A stretch of DNA of 32,000 bases from Cereibacter sphaeroides 2.4.1 (GCF_000012905.2 NC_007493.2:2370001-2402000), one strand, 5' to 3'; shown: positions 15,331 through 24,325, counted from the stretch's first letter. Numbers and translations are program-made. Notes: generated by a model not told the origin, from the letters alone.

Positions 15331-16265
15331 CAGTCGGCCGGGGCCGAGAGATCCATCGCCACCTCGGCCACTTCCGGCGCAGCGGGGATCAGACCCACCT
15401 CGGCCATGTAGCGCCCGAAGGCCGCGTAACGGTCCGCGTCGAGTGCCATGGGATGGGCCGCGAAATGGGGAAGCGTATCGCCCCAAGCGGCGGCGTTCAG
15501 ATCGTCATCGACCTCGGCCGACCAGCCGCGGAAGATCTCCCACGCCTCTTCGGGGTGATCGGCGATGAAGCCCGCCGCGCGCTCGGTCACCTTCAGGAAG
15601 GCCACCACCTTCTCGCGGTCCATCCGGTCGGGATTGGCCACATAGATCAGCTCCTCGTAGCTCGGCACGCCGTTCTCTTCCGGCAGGAAGCAGCGGCCCT
15701 CCGACCCCGCCGCCGCGATCTGGTGCAGCTCGAAATTGCGGAAGGCTCCCGCCACCGCATCGGCCTGCCCGCTGGCCAGCGCCGGCGTCAGGGCGAAGTT
15801 CACGTTGACGAACTCCACTTCGGCGGGCTCGACCCCGTTCGTGCGCAGCATCGTGTGCAGCAGCGCCTCCTCGATCCCCGCGACCGAGAAGCCCACCTTG
15901 CGCCCCTTCAGATCGGCCAGACCCTGCACGGGGCCGTCGGCCTTGGCCATCACGCAATAGAGCGGGCTCTCGACCAGCGTGCCCACGCGCTTGAGCGGCA
16001 GCCCCTCGGCATGCTGGAGATAGAGCTGCGGCTGGTAGGTCACCGCCAGATCCGCCTGCCCCGAGGCCGCCATCTTCGGCGGATCGGCCGGATCGGCGGG
16101 GGCCACGATCTCGACCTCGAGACCCGCTTCTGCGAACCACCCCTGACGCTCGGCCACGATGATGGGCCCATGGTCGGGGTTCACGAACCAGTCGAGCACC
16201 ACGGTCAGGGGCTCGGCCATGGCGGGGGCCGGCAGCAGGAGGGCCAGAAGGGCTGCGCGTTTCAT
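15330..16265 (-). CDS. NMT1/THI5-like periplasmic substrate-binding protein (ThiY-like), 311 aa
   Basis: This is the C-terminal part of ORF 15330..16484, starting at MKRAALLALLLPAPAMA/EPLTVVLDWFVNPDHGPIIVAERQGWF (signal peptide plus the NMT1-type N-terminus). GAGGAG lies upstream. The ATGA overlaps the thiD stop. Confidence 0.88.
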   Translation of the reverse strand: MKRAALLALLLPAPAMAEPLTVVLDWFVNPDHGPIIVAERQGWFAEAGLEVEIVAPADPADPPKMAASGQADLAVTYQPQLYLQHAEGLPLKRVGTLVESPLYCVMAKADGPVQGLADLKGRKVGFSVAGIEEALLHTMLRTNGVEPAEVEFVNVNFALTPALASGQADAVAGAFRNFELHQIAAAGSEGRCFLPEENGVPSYEELIYVANPDRMDREKVVAFLKVTERAAGFIADHPEEAWEIFRGWSAEVDDDLNAAAWGDTLPHFAAHPMALDADRYAAFGRYMAEVGLIPAAPEVAEVAMDLSAPAD

Positions 16266-17065
16266 GAAGGGCTCCTCATCAGGAAGAAATGGTCGGTGGG
16301 GCCGTGCCCGCTTCCGACCGAAAGCGCCTCGGCGCCGGCGATGGCGCGCGAGACATAGGTCTTGGCCGCCCGGCAGGCCGCCAGCGGATCGCCCAGCAGC
16401 GCGAGCTGCGTGGCCAGCGCCGAGGAGAGCGTGCAGCCCGTCCCGTGCGTGTTGCGCGTGTCGGTGCGGGGGCTGACCAGCCACTCCGCCCGGTCGCGGT
16501 CGAGATAGAGATCCGGGCAGTCCGCGCCCGCCAGATGCCCGCCCTTGAGCAGCACCGCGGCGGGCCCCAGCGCCAGAAGGGCGCGCGCCTGCCGCTCCAT
16601 CCCGGCACGGTCGGACACTTCGGCCTCGCCCAGAAGGTCGGCCGCCTCGGGCAGGTTCGGCGTGACGATCCGCGCGAGCGGCATGAGCCTGCTGCGCAGC
16701 GCCGCCACCGCCTCGGCCGCCAGAAGCCGGTCGCCGCCCTTGGCCACCATCACCGGATCGAGCACGATGGGCGCCGCCTGCCCCGCCAGCTCCGCCGCCA
16801 CCGCCTCGGTGACGGCCGCCGTGCCGAGCATGCCGATCTTGACCGCATCCACCCGCACATCGGCAAAGATCGCCTGCAGCTGCGCCGTCACGAAGGCGGG
16901 CGGGATCAGCTCGATCCCCGTCACGCCGCGCGTGTTCTGCGCGGTGAGCGCCGTCAGCACCGCCATGCCATAGCCGCCGTTCGCGCCGATGGCCTTGATG
17001 TCGGCCTGAATGCCTGCGCCGCCCGACGGGTCCGAGCCCGCGACCGAGAGGATGTTCGGGATCAT
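16262..17065 (-). CDS. thiD: Hydroxymethylpyrimidine/phosphomethylpyrimidine kinase ThiD, 267 aa
   Basis: This is the C-terminal part of ORF 16262..17695, starting at MIPNILSVAGSDPSGGAGIQADIKAIGANGGYGMAVLTALTAQNT (ATG 17065), a canonical ThiD N-terminus. The C-terminal part has THGTGCTLSSA. The ATGA overlaps the thiE stop. Confidence 0.93.
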   Translation of the reverse strand: MIPNILSVAGSDPSGGAGIQADIKAIGANGGYGMAVLTALTAQNTRGVTGIELIPPAFVTAQLQAIFADVRVDAVKIGMLGTAAVTEAVAAELAGQAAPIVLDPVMVAKGGDRLLAAEAVAALRSRLMPLARIVTPNLPEAADLLGEAEVSDRAGMERQARALLALGPAAVLLKGGHLAGADCPDLYLDRDRAEWLVSPRTDTRNTHGTGCTLSSALATQLALLGDPLAACRAAKTYVSRAIAGAEALSVGSGHGPTDHFFLMRSPS

Positions 17066-17673
17066 GCGCGCTCCCATTCGAGCGCCAGCGCCCGGGCGGC
17101 GGCCTCCGGATCCGCGGCCGCGCCGATGGCCGAGACGATGGCCATGCCGGCCGCGCCCGCGGCCTTCACCGCGTGGGCATCCCCCGCGCCCAGCCCGCCG
17201 ATGGCGACCGCCGGGACGGGTGCCGCCGCCACCAGCCGCGCAAGCCCCTCGAAGCCGATGGGAGGCGCATGGTCGGGCTTCGAGGCCGTGGCCCGCACCG
17301 GCCCCGCCCCCACATAATCGACGATCCCGAGGGGCAGCGCCTCCAGATGCTCCGGCGCCTCGACGGAGAGGCCGAGGAGACGGTCGGGCCCGATCCGGCG
17401 CCGCGCTTCGGCCACGCCCAGATCGCCCTGCCCCACATGAAGCCCCGCCGCCCCCGAGGCCAGCACCACCTCGATCCGGTCGTTCACGATGAGCGGCACG
17501 CCTTGGGCGTCGAGCGCCGCCACCAGCCGCCGCGCGAGCGGGATCAGCTCCGCGTCGGAGCGGTGCTTGTCGCGGAGCTGGACGAGCGTGGCCCCTCCCC
17601 GGACGGCCGCCGCCACCAGCTGCTCGAGACCCTCGGCCCCGTCCGGCGTCACGAAATAGAGCGAGAGGTTCAT
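17062..17673 (-). CDS. thiE: Thiamine-phosphate synthase ThiE, 203 aa
   Basis: ORF track. MNLSLYFVTPDG...LVQLRDKH...LIVNDR...GLHVGQGD...AIGGL matches the ThiE pattern. The ATGA overlaps the thiM stop. Confidence 0.93.
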   Translation of the reverse strand: MNLSLYFVTPDGAEGLEQLVAAAVRGGATLVQLRDKHRSDAELIPLARRLVAALDAQGVPLIVNDRIEVVLASGAAGLHVGQGDLGVAEARRRIGPDRLLGLSVEAPEHLEALPLGIVDYVGAGPVRATASKPDHAPPIGFEGLARLVAAAPVPAVAIGGLGAGDAHAVKAAGAAGMAIVSAIGAAADPEAAARALALEWERA

Positions 17674-18458
17674 GCGGCCTCCAGCCTGGCGCCACGGTCG
17701 AGCGCCTCGGGCGACAGGGTGTGGAGCGCGTCGAGGAAAGCCACCTGGAAGCTGCCGGGCCCGGTCGCTGTCTTTGCGGCCTCTTCGCCCGCGAGCCCGA
17801 AGAAGGCGAGCGCCGCCGCCGTCGCCTCGAACGGCGGCCGGGTCGCCGCGAAGGCGCCCACGATCCCGGTCAGCGAGCAGCCGAGCGCGGTCACCCGCGG
17901 CATGAGCGGATGGCCGTTGGCGCAGCGGATGCCGCGCCGGCCGTCGGTCACGAAATCCACCGGCCCCGTCACCGCGACCACCGCGCCCGAGCTTTCGGCA
18001 AGGCGCTGCGCCGCCGCCTCGGCGGCCGCGACCGGATCGGCGCTGTCAGCGCCCTTGCCCCGGGTCTCGGCCCCTGCCAGCGCGAGGATTTCCGAGGCAT
18101 TGCCGCGGATGACGGTGGGCTTCAGCGCCAGAAGCCGGGCACCGAGGCCGCGGCGGAAGGCCGTGGCGCCCACCGCCACCGGATCGAGCACCCAGGGCCG
18201 CCCGGCCGCCGCAGCACCACGCGCCGCGGCCTCCATCCCCTCGACCCAGCGGGGGCTCGGCGTGCCCATGTTGATCGTCAGCGCCTGCGCAATGGCGGCG
18301 AACTCGCCGGATTCCTCGGCGTCATGCACCATCGCGGGCGAGGCACCCGCCGCCAGAAGCACGTTGGCCACGACATTCATGGCGACGAAATTGGTGATGC
18401 ATTGCACCAGCGGCGCCTCGCGCCGCATGGTGTCGAGATAGGTTCCGCAGCCGTCCAT
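17670..18458 (-). CDS. thiM: Hydroxyethylthiazole kinase ThiM, 262 aa
   Basis: ORF 17670..18494. I prefer the start at MDGCGTYLDTMRREAPLVQCITNFVAMNVVANVLLAAGASPAM (ATG 18458), which is preceded by GGAAGGAGAG. The CITN...N..AN..LA.GASP motif is classic ThiM. Confidence 0.92.
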   Translation of the reverse strand: MDGCGTYLDTMRREAPLVQCITNFVAMNVVANVLLAAGASPAMVHDAEESGEFAAIAQALTINMGTPSPRWVEGMEAAARGAAAAGRPWVLDPVAVGATAFRRGLGARLLALKPTVIRGNASEILALAGAETRGKGADSADPVAAAEAAAQRLAESSGAVVAVTGPVDFVTDGRRGIRCANGHPLMPRVTALGCSLTGIVGAFAATRPPFEATAAALAFFGLAGEEAAKTATGPGSFQVAFLDALHTLSPEALDRGARLEAA

Positions 18459-18460
18459 CG

Positions 18461-18600
18461 CTCTCCTTCCGTGACGGAGGGAGGCGAAATGCATTCAAGT
18501 GCGGGACCTGCAGCATCGCGACTTCCTCCGCCAGCATGACCTGGTTCAGGTTCAAAGGGTGCTTCTCAGCCCGGGAAGGTCCCGGACGCCCCTGTCACTC
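18461..18600 (-). ncRNA. TPP (THI-box) riboswitch: aptamer about 18600-18515 plus an SD-sequestering expression platform 18483-18461
   Basis: The minus strand reads GACAGGGGCGTCCGGGACCTTCCCGGGCTGAGAAGCACCCTTTGAACCTGAACCAGGTCATGCTGGCGGAGGAAGTC. The conserved GGGG..CUGAGA..ACCCUUUGAACCUGA..CCAGGU.AUGCUGGCG.AGGAA blocks are all present. Downstream, CTCCCTCC-GTCAC-GGAAGGAG can hairpin over the thiM SD. Confidence 0.9.
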
Positions 18601-18836
18601 CGGATAGGCTTAACGCGAAGCCGCGGCCCGGCGCAAGGGCCGTGCGGGAGGCGCGGACGGCGAGCCGACAGCCACGCCCTGCATTTCGCGAAGCGCGGAT
18701 GACCGGCGGCGGAGTGCCGGCTCGTGCTGGGAGGATCTCGTTCCGGCGAAACGGACGAGCCACCGGAGCCGCGCCTCCGCGACCTCCAGTGGACCTGCGC
18801 CCTCGGGGCAGCGTCTGCGGATCCTGGCGCCCGCGC

Positions 18837-19289
18837 TCAGCGCAGGCCGGTCTCTTCCAGGAGGCCGAGGCGCTTGGCCTCGTAGTAATAGCCGTTGCGA
18901 TACCACTGGATCGCGCGCTCTTCGTCGCCCTGCGCCACGAGCCACGCCCCGCGGAGATATTTCCCGCCGTAGGTGAGGTTCGTCTTGGCGTCGAGCAGGC
19001 TTTCGGGCGCGCCGCGATAGCCCATGGTCTTGGCCGTCTGGGGATGGATCTGCATGAGCCCCATATAGGGCCCGTTCTTGGCCCCCGGATTGTAGCCGCT
19101 TTCGCGCTTCACGATCCGGTGCATCAGCGACGGCGGCACATGGTAGAGCTTGGCGTAATCGCTCACCATCCGCATCACCTCGGGCTGCCCGGACATCTCG
19201 CCGCGTCCCTCGGGCGCCTTGGCGCCCCCGCCGCAGCCCGCCAGTGCCAGAGCCGCCGCAAGAAGCGCGGCGCCTGTCGTTCCCTTCAT
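18837..19289 (-). CDS. Small lipoprotein with a lytic transglycosylase (SLT) domain, 150 aa
   Basis: This is the C-terminal part of ORF 18837..19772, starting at MKGTTGAALLAAALALAGC (a lipobox, LAGC). The SLT catalytic region is RIVKRESGYNPGAKNGPYMGLMQIHPQTAKTMGY. The ATGA overlaps the upstream stop. Confidence 0.85.
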   Translation of the reverse strand: MKGTTGAALLAAALALAGCGGGAKAPEGRGEMSGQPEVMRMVSDYAKLYHVPPSLMHRIVKRESGYNPGAKNGPYMGLMQIHPQTAKTMGYRGAPESLLDAKTNLTYGGKYLRGAWLVAQGDEERAIQWYRNGYYYEAKRLGLLEETGLR

Positions 19290-20080
19290 CCTGCCTGTCC
19301 CTCTGCTGCCTTCACGACGGCTGTCAGATCGTCCCACACCTTCGGTGCGGCGACGAGCACCATGCCACCGGCGGCGTCTTCGGGAAAGGGGGCAGTGCGT
19401 CCTCCGGCTTCCTCGACCATCAGCATGGCCGCCAGACAGTCCCAAGGGTTCATGTGCGGCTCGTAATAGCCGCCGAGCCGGCCCGCCGCGACCGAGGCCA
19501 GCATGATCGCGCCCGAGCCGTTGCGGTAGAACATGCCGCCCCGCCGCATCAGTTCGCGCACCAGCGCCGAGGCGAAGTCGGGCGAGGTGCGGTGGCTTGC
19601 GCCGAGCGCCACGTTGCAGGAGCCGATGGTGAGATCCTCGCGCGCGCGGAGCCGCTCGCCGTTCAGGAAGGCTCCCTGCCCCCGCTGCGCCGAGAAGGTC
19701 TCGCGCGCGAGCGGATGTTCGATCACCCCCGCGACGGTGCGCCCCTCCTCCTGCAGCGCGAGCACCACGCACCAGTGCGGCAGCCCGGCCAGGAAGGGCG
19801 CGGTGCCGTCGATCGGGTCGATCACCCAGGTGAAGCCCGACCTGCCCTCCTCTGCGCCATGCTCCTCGCCCAGCACCCCATCGTCGGGGAAGCGCGCGGC
19901 GATGCGGGCGCGGATCAGCGTCTCGACCTCGCGATCGGCGCGGCTCACGATGTCCTGCGGGCTGGCCTTGGCCTCGACCGCGAGGCTCTCGCGGCGGGCG
20001 AAGAAATCGAGCGCGAGGCGCCCGGCTTCGGCCGCCACTTCGAGCGCCAGCGTCAGGCGGTCCTTCACCGGATCGGTCAA
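19286..20080 (-). CDS. Inositol monophosphatase family protein (SuhB/HisN/CysQ-like; specificity not assignable), about 264 aa
   Basis: ORF 19286..20131. Motifs GEE, WVIDPIDGT and a C-terminal WD fit the IMPase fold. The preferred start is TTG at 20080, with GAGGA 7 nt upstream, overlapping the galE stop codon. The ATG at 20131 would overlap galE by 41 nt. Confidence 0.85.
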   Translation of the reverse strand: MTDPVKDRLTLALEVAAEAGRLALDFFARRESLAVEAKASPQDIVSRADREVETLIRARIAARFPDDGVLGEEHGAEEGRSGFTWVIDPIDGTAPFLAGLPHWCVVLALQEEGRTVAGVIEHPLARETFSAQRGQGAFLNGERLRAREDLTIGSCNVALGASHRTSPDFASALVRELMRRGGMFYRNGSGAIMLASVAAGRLGGYYEPHMNPWDCLAAMLMVEEAGGRTAPFPEDAAGGMVLVAAPKVWDDLTAVVKAAEGQAG

Positions 20081-20090
20081 GATATGGTCC

Positions 20091-21077
20091 TCATTCGTGG
20101 AATTTCGGGGCCCGATGCCAGCGCCAGGCATCGGCGATCATGTGCGGCAGGGTCGAAAGCTCGGGCTCCCATCCCAGTTCACGCACCGCGCGCTCCGAGC
20201 CGCAGACGAGGGCCGCCGCATCGCCCGACCGGCGGTCGCCGAACAGGATGGGCACTTCGCGGTTGGTTACGGCGCGCGATTGTTCGATCACCTCGCGCAC
20301 CGAGAAGCCGCGCCCGGTGCCGAGGCAGAAGACCCGGTTCGGGCCGCCGTCGAGCAGGCGGTTCAGGCCCAGCACATGGGCCTGGGCCAGATCCATCACA
20401 TGCACATAGTCGCGGATGCAGGTGCCGTCGCGCGTGGGATAGTCGGTGCCGAAGACGGTGAGCGCGGGCCGCCGGCCCGCCACCGCATCGAGCATGAGCG
20501 GGATCAGATGCGTCTCGGGATCGTGCTGCTCGCCGACCTCGCCCTCGGGGTCGGCGCCCGCCACGTTGAAATAGCGGAAGATCGTGTGGTTGAGCCCGAA
20601 GGCCGCGCCGAAATTCGCCACCATCTCCTCGATGGCGCGCTTGGAGGCGCCATAGGCGTTGATCGGGCGCTGCGGCGTATCCTCGTCGAGCACCACGCCG
20701 TCCTGATCGCCGTAGGTGGCGCAGGTCGAGGAGAAGACGAAGTTCTTCACCCCGGCCGCCACCGTCGCCTCGAGCAGGTTGAGCGCGCCGGTCACGTTCA
20801 CGCGCCAGTAGGTGCCGGGATCGCGCATCGACTCGCCCACGAGCGAGAGCGCCGCGAAATGCATCACCGCCACGGGTTTCCAGGTCTCGAGCGCCGCGTC
20901 GATGCTCGCGCGGTCCATCAGGTCGCCGCGGGCGAGCGGGCCGAACTTCACGGCCTGCTCCCACCCCGTCGAGAGATTGTCGAAGGTGACGGGCTCGAAC
21001 CCGGCCCGCTTCAAGACCTTGCAGGCGTGCGAGCCGATGTAGCCCGCCCCTCCCGTCACCAGAACCCGCTGCGCCAT
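20091..21077 (-). CDS. galE: UDP-glucose 4-epimerase GalE, 328 aa
   Basis: ORF track. MAQRVLVTGGAGYIGSH..., the catalytic YGASK, and FGTDYPTRDGTCIRDYVHVMDLAQAH are hallmark GalE blocks. Confidence 0.93.
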   Translation of the reverse strand: MAQRVLVTGGAGYIGSHACKVLKRAGFEPVTFDNLSTGWEQAVKFGPLARGDLMDRASIDAALETWKPVAVMHFAALSLVGESMRDPGTYWRVNVTGALNLLEATVAAGVKNFVFSSTCATYGDQDGVVLDEDTPQRPINAYGASKRAIEEMVANFGAAFGLNHTIFRYFNVAGADPEGEVGEQHDPETHLIPLMLDAVAGRRPALTVFGTDYPTRDGTCIRDYVHVMDLAQAHVLGLNRLLDGGPNRVFCLGTGRGFSVREVIEQSRAVTNREVPILFGDRRSGDAAALVCGSERAVRELGWEPELSTLPHMIADAWRWHRAPKFHE

Positions 21078-21086
21078 CGCCCGATC

Positions 21087-22391
21087 CTACCGTCCGACGC
21101 CCACATAATGGGTGAAGCCCGCGGCGCGGGCATCCGCCGGCGCATAGACGTTGCGCAGATCGGCCATCCGCGCGTCGGCCATGCCGCGCGCAAGCCGCTG
21201 GAGATCGAGCGCGCGGAACTCGTTCCACTCGGTCAGGATCACCAGCACCGAGGCGCCTTCGGCCGCCGAATAGGCATCCTCCATCCAGCGGACGCCGGGC
21301 AGGAGATGCTCGCCCTCGCGCCGGCCCTCGGGATCGACCACCCGCACCTTGGCCCCCGCCCCCACCAGAGCGGGCACGATGGTCAGCGCGGGCGCATCGC
21401 GCATGTCGTCGGTGTTGGGCTTGAAGGTCACGCCCAGCACCGCGATCACCTTGTCGCGGCACGAGCCTTCGCAGAGATCCTCGATCTTCTCGATCATCCG
21501 GCGCTTGATCTCGTCATTGACCTTGATGACGCTCTCGACGATCTGGATCGGCGAGGCATGATCCTGCCCCATCCGGGCGAGCGCCTTGGTGTCCTTGGGG
21601 AAACACGAGCCGCCATAGCCCGGGCCCGCATGCAGGAACTTGTTGCCGATGCGGCCGTCGAGGCCCATGCCCTTGGACACGGCCTTGATGTCGGCCCCCA
21701 CCCGCTCGCAGAGGGCGGCGATCTCGTTGATGAAGGTGATCTTCGTCGCGAGGAAGGCGTTCGCGGCATATTTTATCATCTCGGCGCTCTCGAGCCCTGT
21801 GTAGACCACCGGGAAGTCGCGCAGGAAGAGCGGGCGGTAGATGTCGGCCATGATCTTCTTCGCGCGCTCGGTCTCGACGCCCACCACCACCCGGTCGGGG
21901 CGCATGAAATCGTCGATGGCCGCGCCCTCGCGCAGGAACTCGGGGTTCGAGGCCACGTCGAAATCGGCGGCCGGATTGGCCGCCCGGATCGTCTCGGCCA
22001 CCTTCCGGTTGGTGCCGATCGGCACGGTCGATTTCGTCACCACCACCGCGTAATGATCGAGCGCATGGGCAATCTCTTCGGCGGCGGCCATCACATAGGT
22101 GAGGTCCGCATGGCCGTCGCCGCGCCGGGTGGGCGTGCCCACGGCGATGAAGACGGCATCTGCGCCGCGCATGGCCTCGGCCAGATCGAGCGTGAAGGAC
22201 AGCCGTCCCGCCGCCACGTTCCGCGCCATCAGCGCCTCGAGACCCGGCTCGAAGATCGGGACCTTGCCGTCCCGCAGCTTGGCGATCTTCGTCGCATCCT
22301 TGTCGACGCAGACCACCTCGTGGCCGAAGTCCGAAAAGCACACACCCGAGACGAGGCCCACATAGCCCGTGCCGATCATCGCAATCTTCAT
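21087..22391 (-). CDS. ugd: UDP-glucose 6-dehydrogenase, 434 aa
   Basis: ORF track. MKIAMIGTGYVGLVSGVCFSDFGHEVVCVDKD..., GGSCFPKD (catalytic Cys) and the C-terminal UDP-binding domain are present. Confidence 0.94.
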   Translation of the reverse strand: MKIAMIGTGYVGLVSGVCFSDFGHEVVCVDKDATKIAKLRDGKVPIFEPGLEALMARNVAAGRLSFTLDLAEAMRGADAVFIAVGTPTRRGDGHADLTYVMAAAEEIAHALDHYAVVVTKSTVPIGTNRKVAETIRAANPAADFDVASNPEFLREGAAIDDFMRPDRVVVGVETERAKKIMADIYRPLFLRDFPVVYTGLESAEMIKYAANAFLATKITFINEIAALCERVGADIKAVSKGMGLDGRIGNKFLHAGPGYGGSCFPKDTKALARMGQDHASPIQIVESVIKVNDEIKRRMIEKIEDLCEGSCRDKVIAVLGVTFKPNTDDMRDAPALTIVPALVGAGAKVRVVDPEGRREGEHLLPGVRWMEDAYSAAEGASVLVILTEWNEFRALDLQRLARGMADARMADLRNVYAPADARAAGFTHYVGVGR

Positions 22392-22458
22392 GGAAAAAGC
22401 TGTCCTCTTCCGTTTGCGGACTGTGTGTCAGCCGCTCTTTGATCTGTCAATTTCAACT

Positions 22459-23370
22459 CTAGGTATTTTCGAGGGCGACAGCGCTCGCCCGCCGTTTCAG
22501 CACGGATTCCCGCCAGGTAATGTAGCTGATGGCGGAAATGATGATCCCGCCGCCCAGAAGGACGAAGGGATCGACCCGCTCGCCGAAGGCCAGTGCCCCG
22601 AGGAGCGTGGCCCACAGCAATTGCAGGAATGTGACGGGCTGCGTCACGGTCAGCGGCGCAGCCCCGAAGGCGCGGGTCATGCAGTAGTGGCCCGCCGTGG
22701 CGAAGACCGCGACCAGCGCCAGCCAGAGGAGTTGGTCCACCCCGACCGGCACCCAGACGAGCAGCGCGAAGGGCAGGAGGCCGAGCGTCACCGTGGCCGA
22801 CATCATCGCGACGATGGCCCCCGCCCCCGCCACGTCCGACAGGCGGCGCGCCAGAAGGTAGCTGCCCGCGAACAGCGTGGCCGCGCAGAGCTGCGACAGG
22901 TGCCCCGCCGAGAGCTCGCGCAGCCCCGGCCGGAGCACGATCAGCGCCCCCACCAGAGCCACCGCCACCGCAAGGATCCGCCGCAGCGCCAGCCGCTCGG
23001 AGAAGAAGAGCGCGGCCCCGACCGTCACCAGCACCGGGTTCAGATAGCCGATGGCCGTCACTTCGGCGACCGGGATGCGGGCCATGGCGTAGAACCAGCA
23101 GATCACGGCGGCCGTGTGGAACGCGCCGCGCAGCCCGTAGAGCTTCAGCGTGCTCATCGGCACGCCCTGCCGCAGCACCGGCACGAGCGTGGGCAGCAGG
23201 AACAGGGCCCCGAAGGCAAAGCGCAGGAAGGCCCCCTGCGCCGCAGGAATGTCGGTGCCGAGATAGCGGACGATCCCCGTCACGCCCACGAAGCTCACCC
23301 CCGAGGCGAGCATCCAGAGCACGCCCTCCAGCGTGCGTGTCCGGCTGGGAACTGCGGGGCGGGCGCTCAT
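22459..23370 (-). CDS. DMT superfamily (EamA-type) transporter, 303 aa
   Basis: ORF track. Ten hydrophobic helices in two EamA-like repeats. Confidence 0.85.
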   Translation of the reverse strand: MSARPAVPSRTRTLEGVLWMLASGVSFVGVTGIVRYLGTDIPAAQGAFLRFAFGALFLLPTLVPVLRQGVPMSTLKLYGLRGAFHTAAVICWFYAMARIPVAEVTAIGYLNPVLVTVGAALFFSERLALRRILAVAVALVGALIVLRPGLRELSAGHLSQLCAATLFAGSYLLARRLSDVAGAGAIVAMMSATVTLGLLPFALLVWVPVGVDQLLWLALVAVFATAGHYCMTRAFGAAPLTVTQPVTFLQLLWATLLGALAFGERVDPFVLLGGGIIISAISYITWRESVLKRRASAVALENT

Positions 23371-23546
23371 GGCGGGCAGTCAATCCGATCCCGCAGGCCA
23401 CCGCAAGAGCCGTTCGGCGCCCCGTCCGGCCGCCTCCGGCAGCCGCCGGGATCGCGGCGCGACAGTGGGCATGGACGTCCTCGGGCAGCGGTGCGGGCCG
23501 CCGCCCTCTGGCCGGGCCCGCCGCCGCGCGGCGGACCGACCGGATC

Positions 23547-24293
23547 TCAGGCGTCGAGCTTCGCCGCCACATCCTCGGGGATGTCGAAGTTGCCGGTGAC
23601 GGTCTGGACGTCGTCGTCCTCCTCGAGCGCGTCGATCAGCTTCATCAGCTTCTGCGCCGTCTCGAGATCGACGTTGGTGCGGTTCTGCGGCTTCCAGACG
23701 AGCTTGGCTTCCTCGCTCTCGCCCAGCACCTTCTCGAGCGCTTCGGACACTTCGTTGAGGCTGGTGTCGCCGCAATAGATCCAGTGGCCCTCTTCGTCCG
23801 ACTCGACATCGTCGGCGCCGGCCTCGATGGCGGCCATCATCACCGTGTCGGCGTCGCCCGCCGCGGGCTTGTAGGTGATCTCGCCCACGCGGTCGAACAT
23901 GAAGCTGACCGAGCCCGTGGTGCCGAGGTTGCCGCCGTATTTGGTGAAATAGCTGCGGACGTTCGAGGCGGTGCGGTTCACGTTGTCGGTCATCGTCTCG
24001 ACGATGATGGCGATGCCGTTCGGCCCGTAGCCTTCGTAGCGGATCTCCGAGTAATCCTCGGCATCGCCGCCCTGCGACTTCTTGATCGCGCGCTCGATCA
24101 CGTCCTTGGGCATCGAGACGGCCTTCGCCGCCTTCACCGCCAGCCGCAGGCGCGGGTTCTTGTCGGGGTCGGGGTCACCCATCTTCGCGGCGACGGTGAT
24201 CTCCTTCGCCAGCTTCGAGAACATCTTCGAGCGCAGCTTGTCCTGCTTGCCCTTGCGATGCTGGATGTTCGCCCACTTGGAATGGCCCGCCAT
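23547..24293 (-). CDS. YebC/PmpR family DNA-binding transcriptional regulator, 248 aa
   Basis: ORF track. [39 protein letters not shown] is the invariant YebC N-terminus. Confidence 0.94.
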   Translation of the reverse strand: MAGHSKWANIQHRKGKQDKLRSKMFSKLAKEITVAAKMGDPDPDKNPRLRLAVKAAKAVSMPKDVIERAIKKSQGGDAEDYSEIRYEGYGPNGIAIIVETMTDNVNRTASNVRSYFTKYGGNLGTTGSVSFMFDRVGEITYKPAAGDADTVMMAAIEAGADDVESDEEGHWIYCGDTSLNEVSEALEKVLGESEEAKLVWKPQNRTNVDLETAQKLMKLIDALEEDDDVQTVTGNFDIPEDVAAKLDA

Positions 24294-24325
24294 GACCCTC
24301 TCCGATCGTTCCTTGCATCGCGCGC

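Noticed and set aside
18608-18636. TTGCGC-N17-TTAAGC on the minus strand as the thi operon promoter just upstream of the riboswitch.
   Set aside because: The position is right (a start about 8 nt before the aptamer), but the -10 is weak and an overlapping CCTATCC offers an alternative register. I could not decide between them without 5'-end data, so I did not call it.
19533-22442. A 969-aa plus-strand ORF opposite galE/ugd. Also an 833..3154 (773 aa) ORF opposite dctM/dctQ, a 24082..26196 (704 aa) ORF opposite the SLC13 permease, and a 12926..13696 ORF opposite the kinase.
   Set aside because: Each is in the codon-aligned antisense frame of a well-supported gene (I checked the coordinates modulo 3), and each has Arg/His/Asp/Gly-rich nonsense composition.
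22392-22458. A TTGACA hexamer (minus strand, 22450-22445) as a ugd promoter in a moderately AT-rich spacer.
   Set aside because: At 16-18 nt spacing the best -10 candidate is CACACA or ACACAG, which is a poor match. The upstream EamA gene is co-directional, so read-through is equally plausible. The support is not strong enough to list it as a feature.
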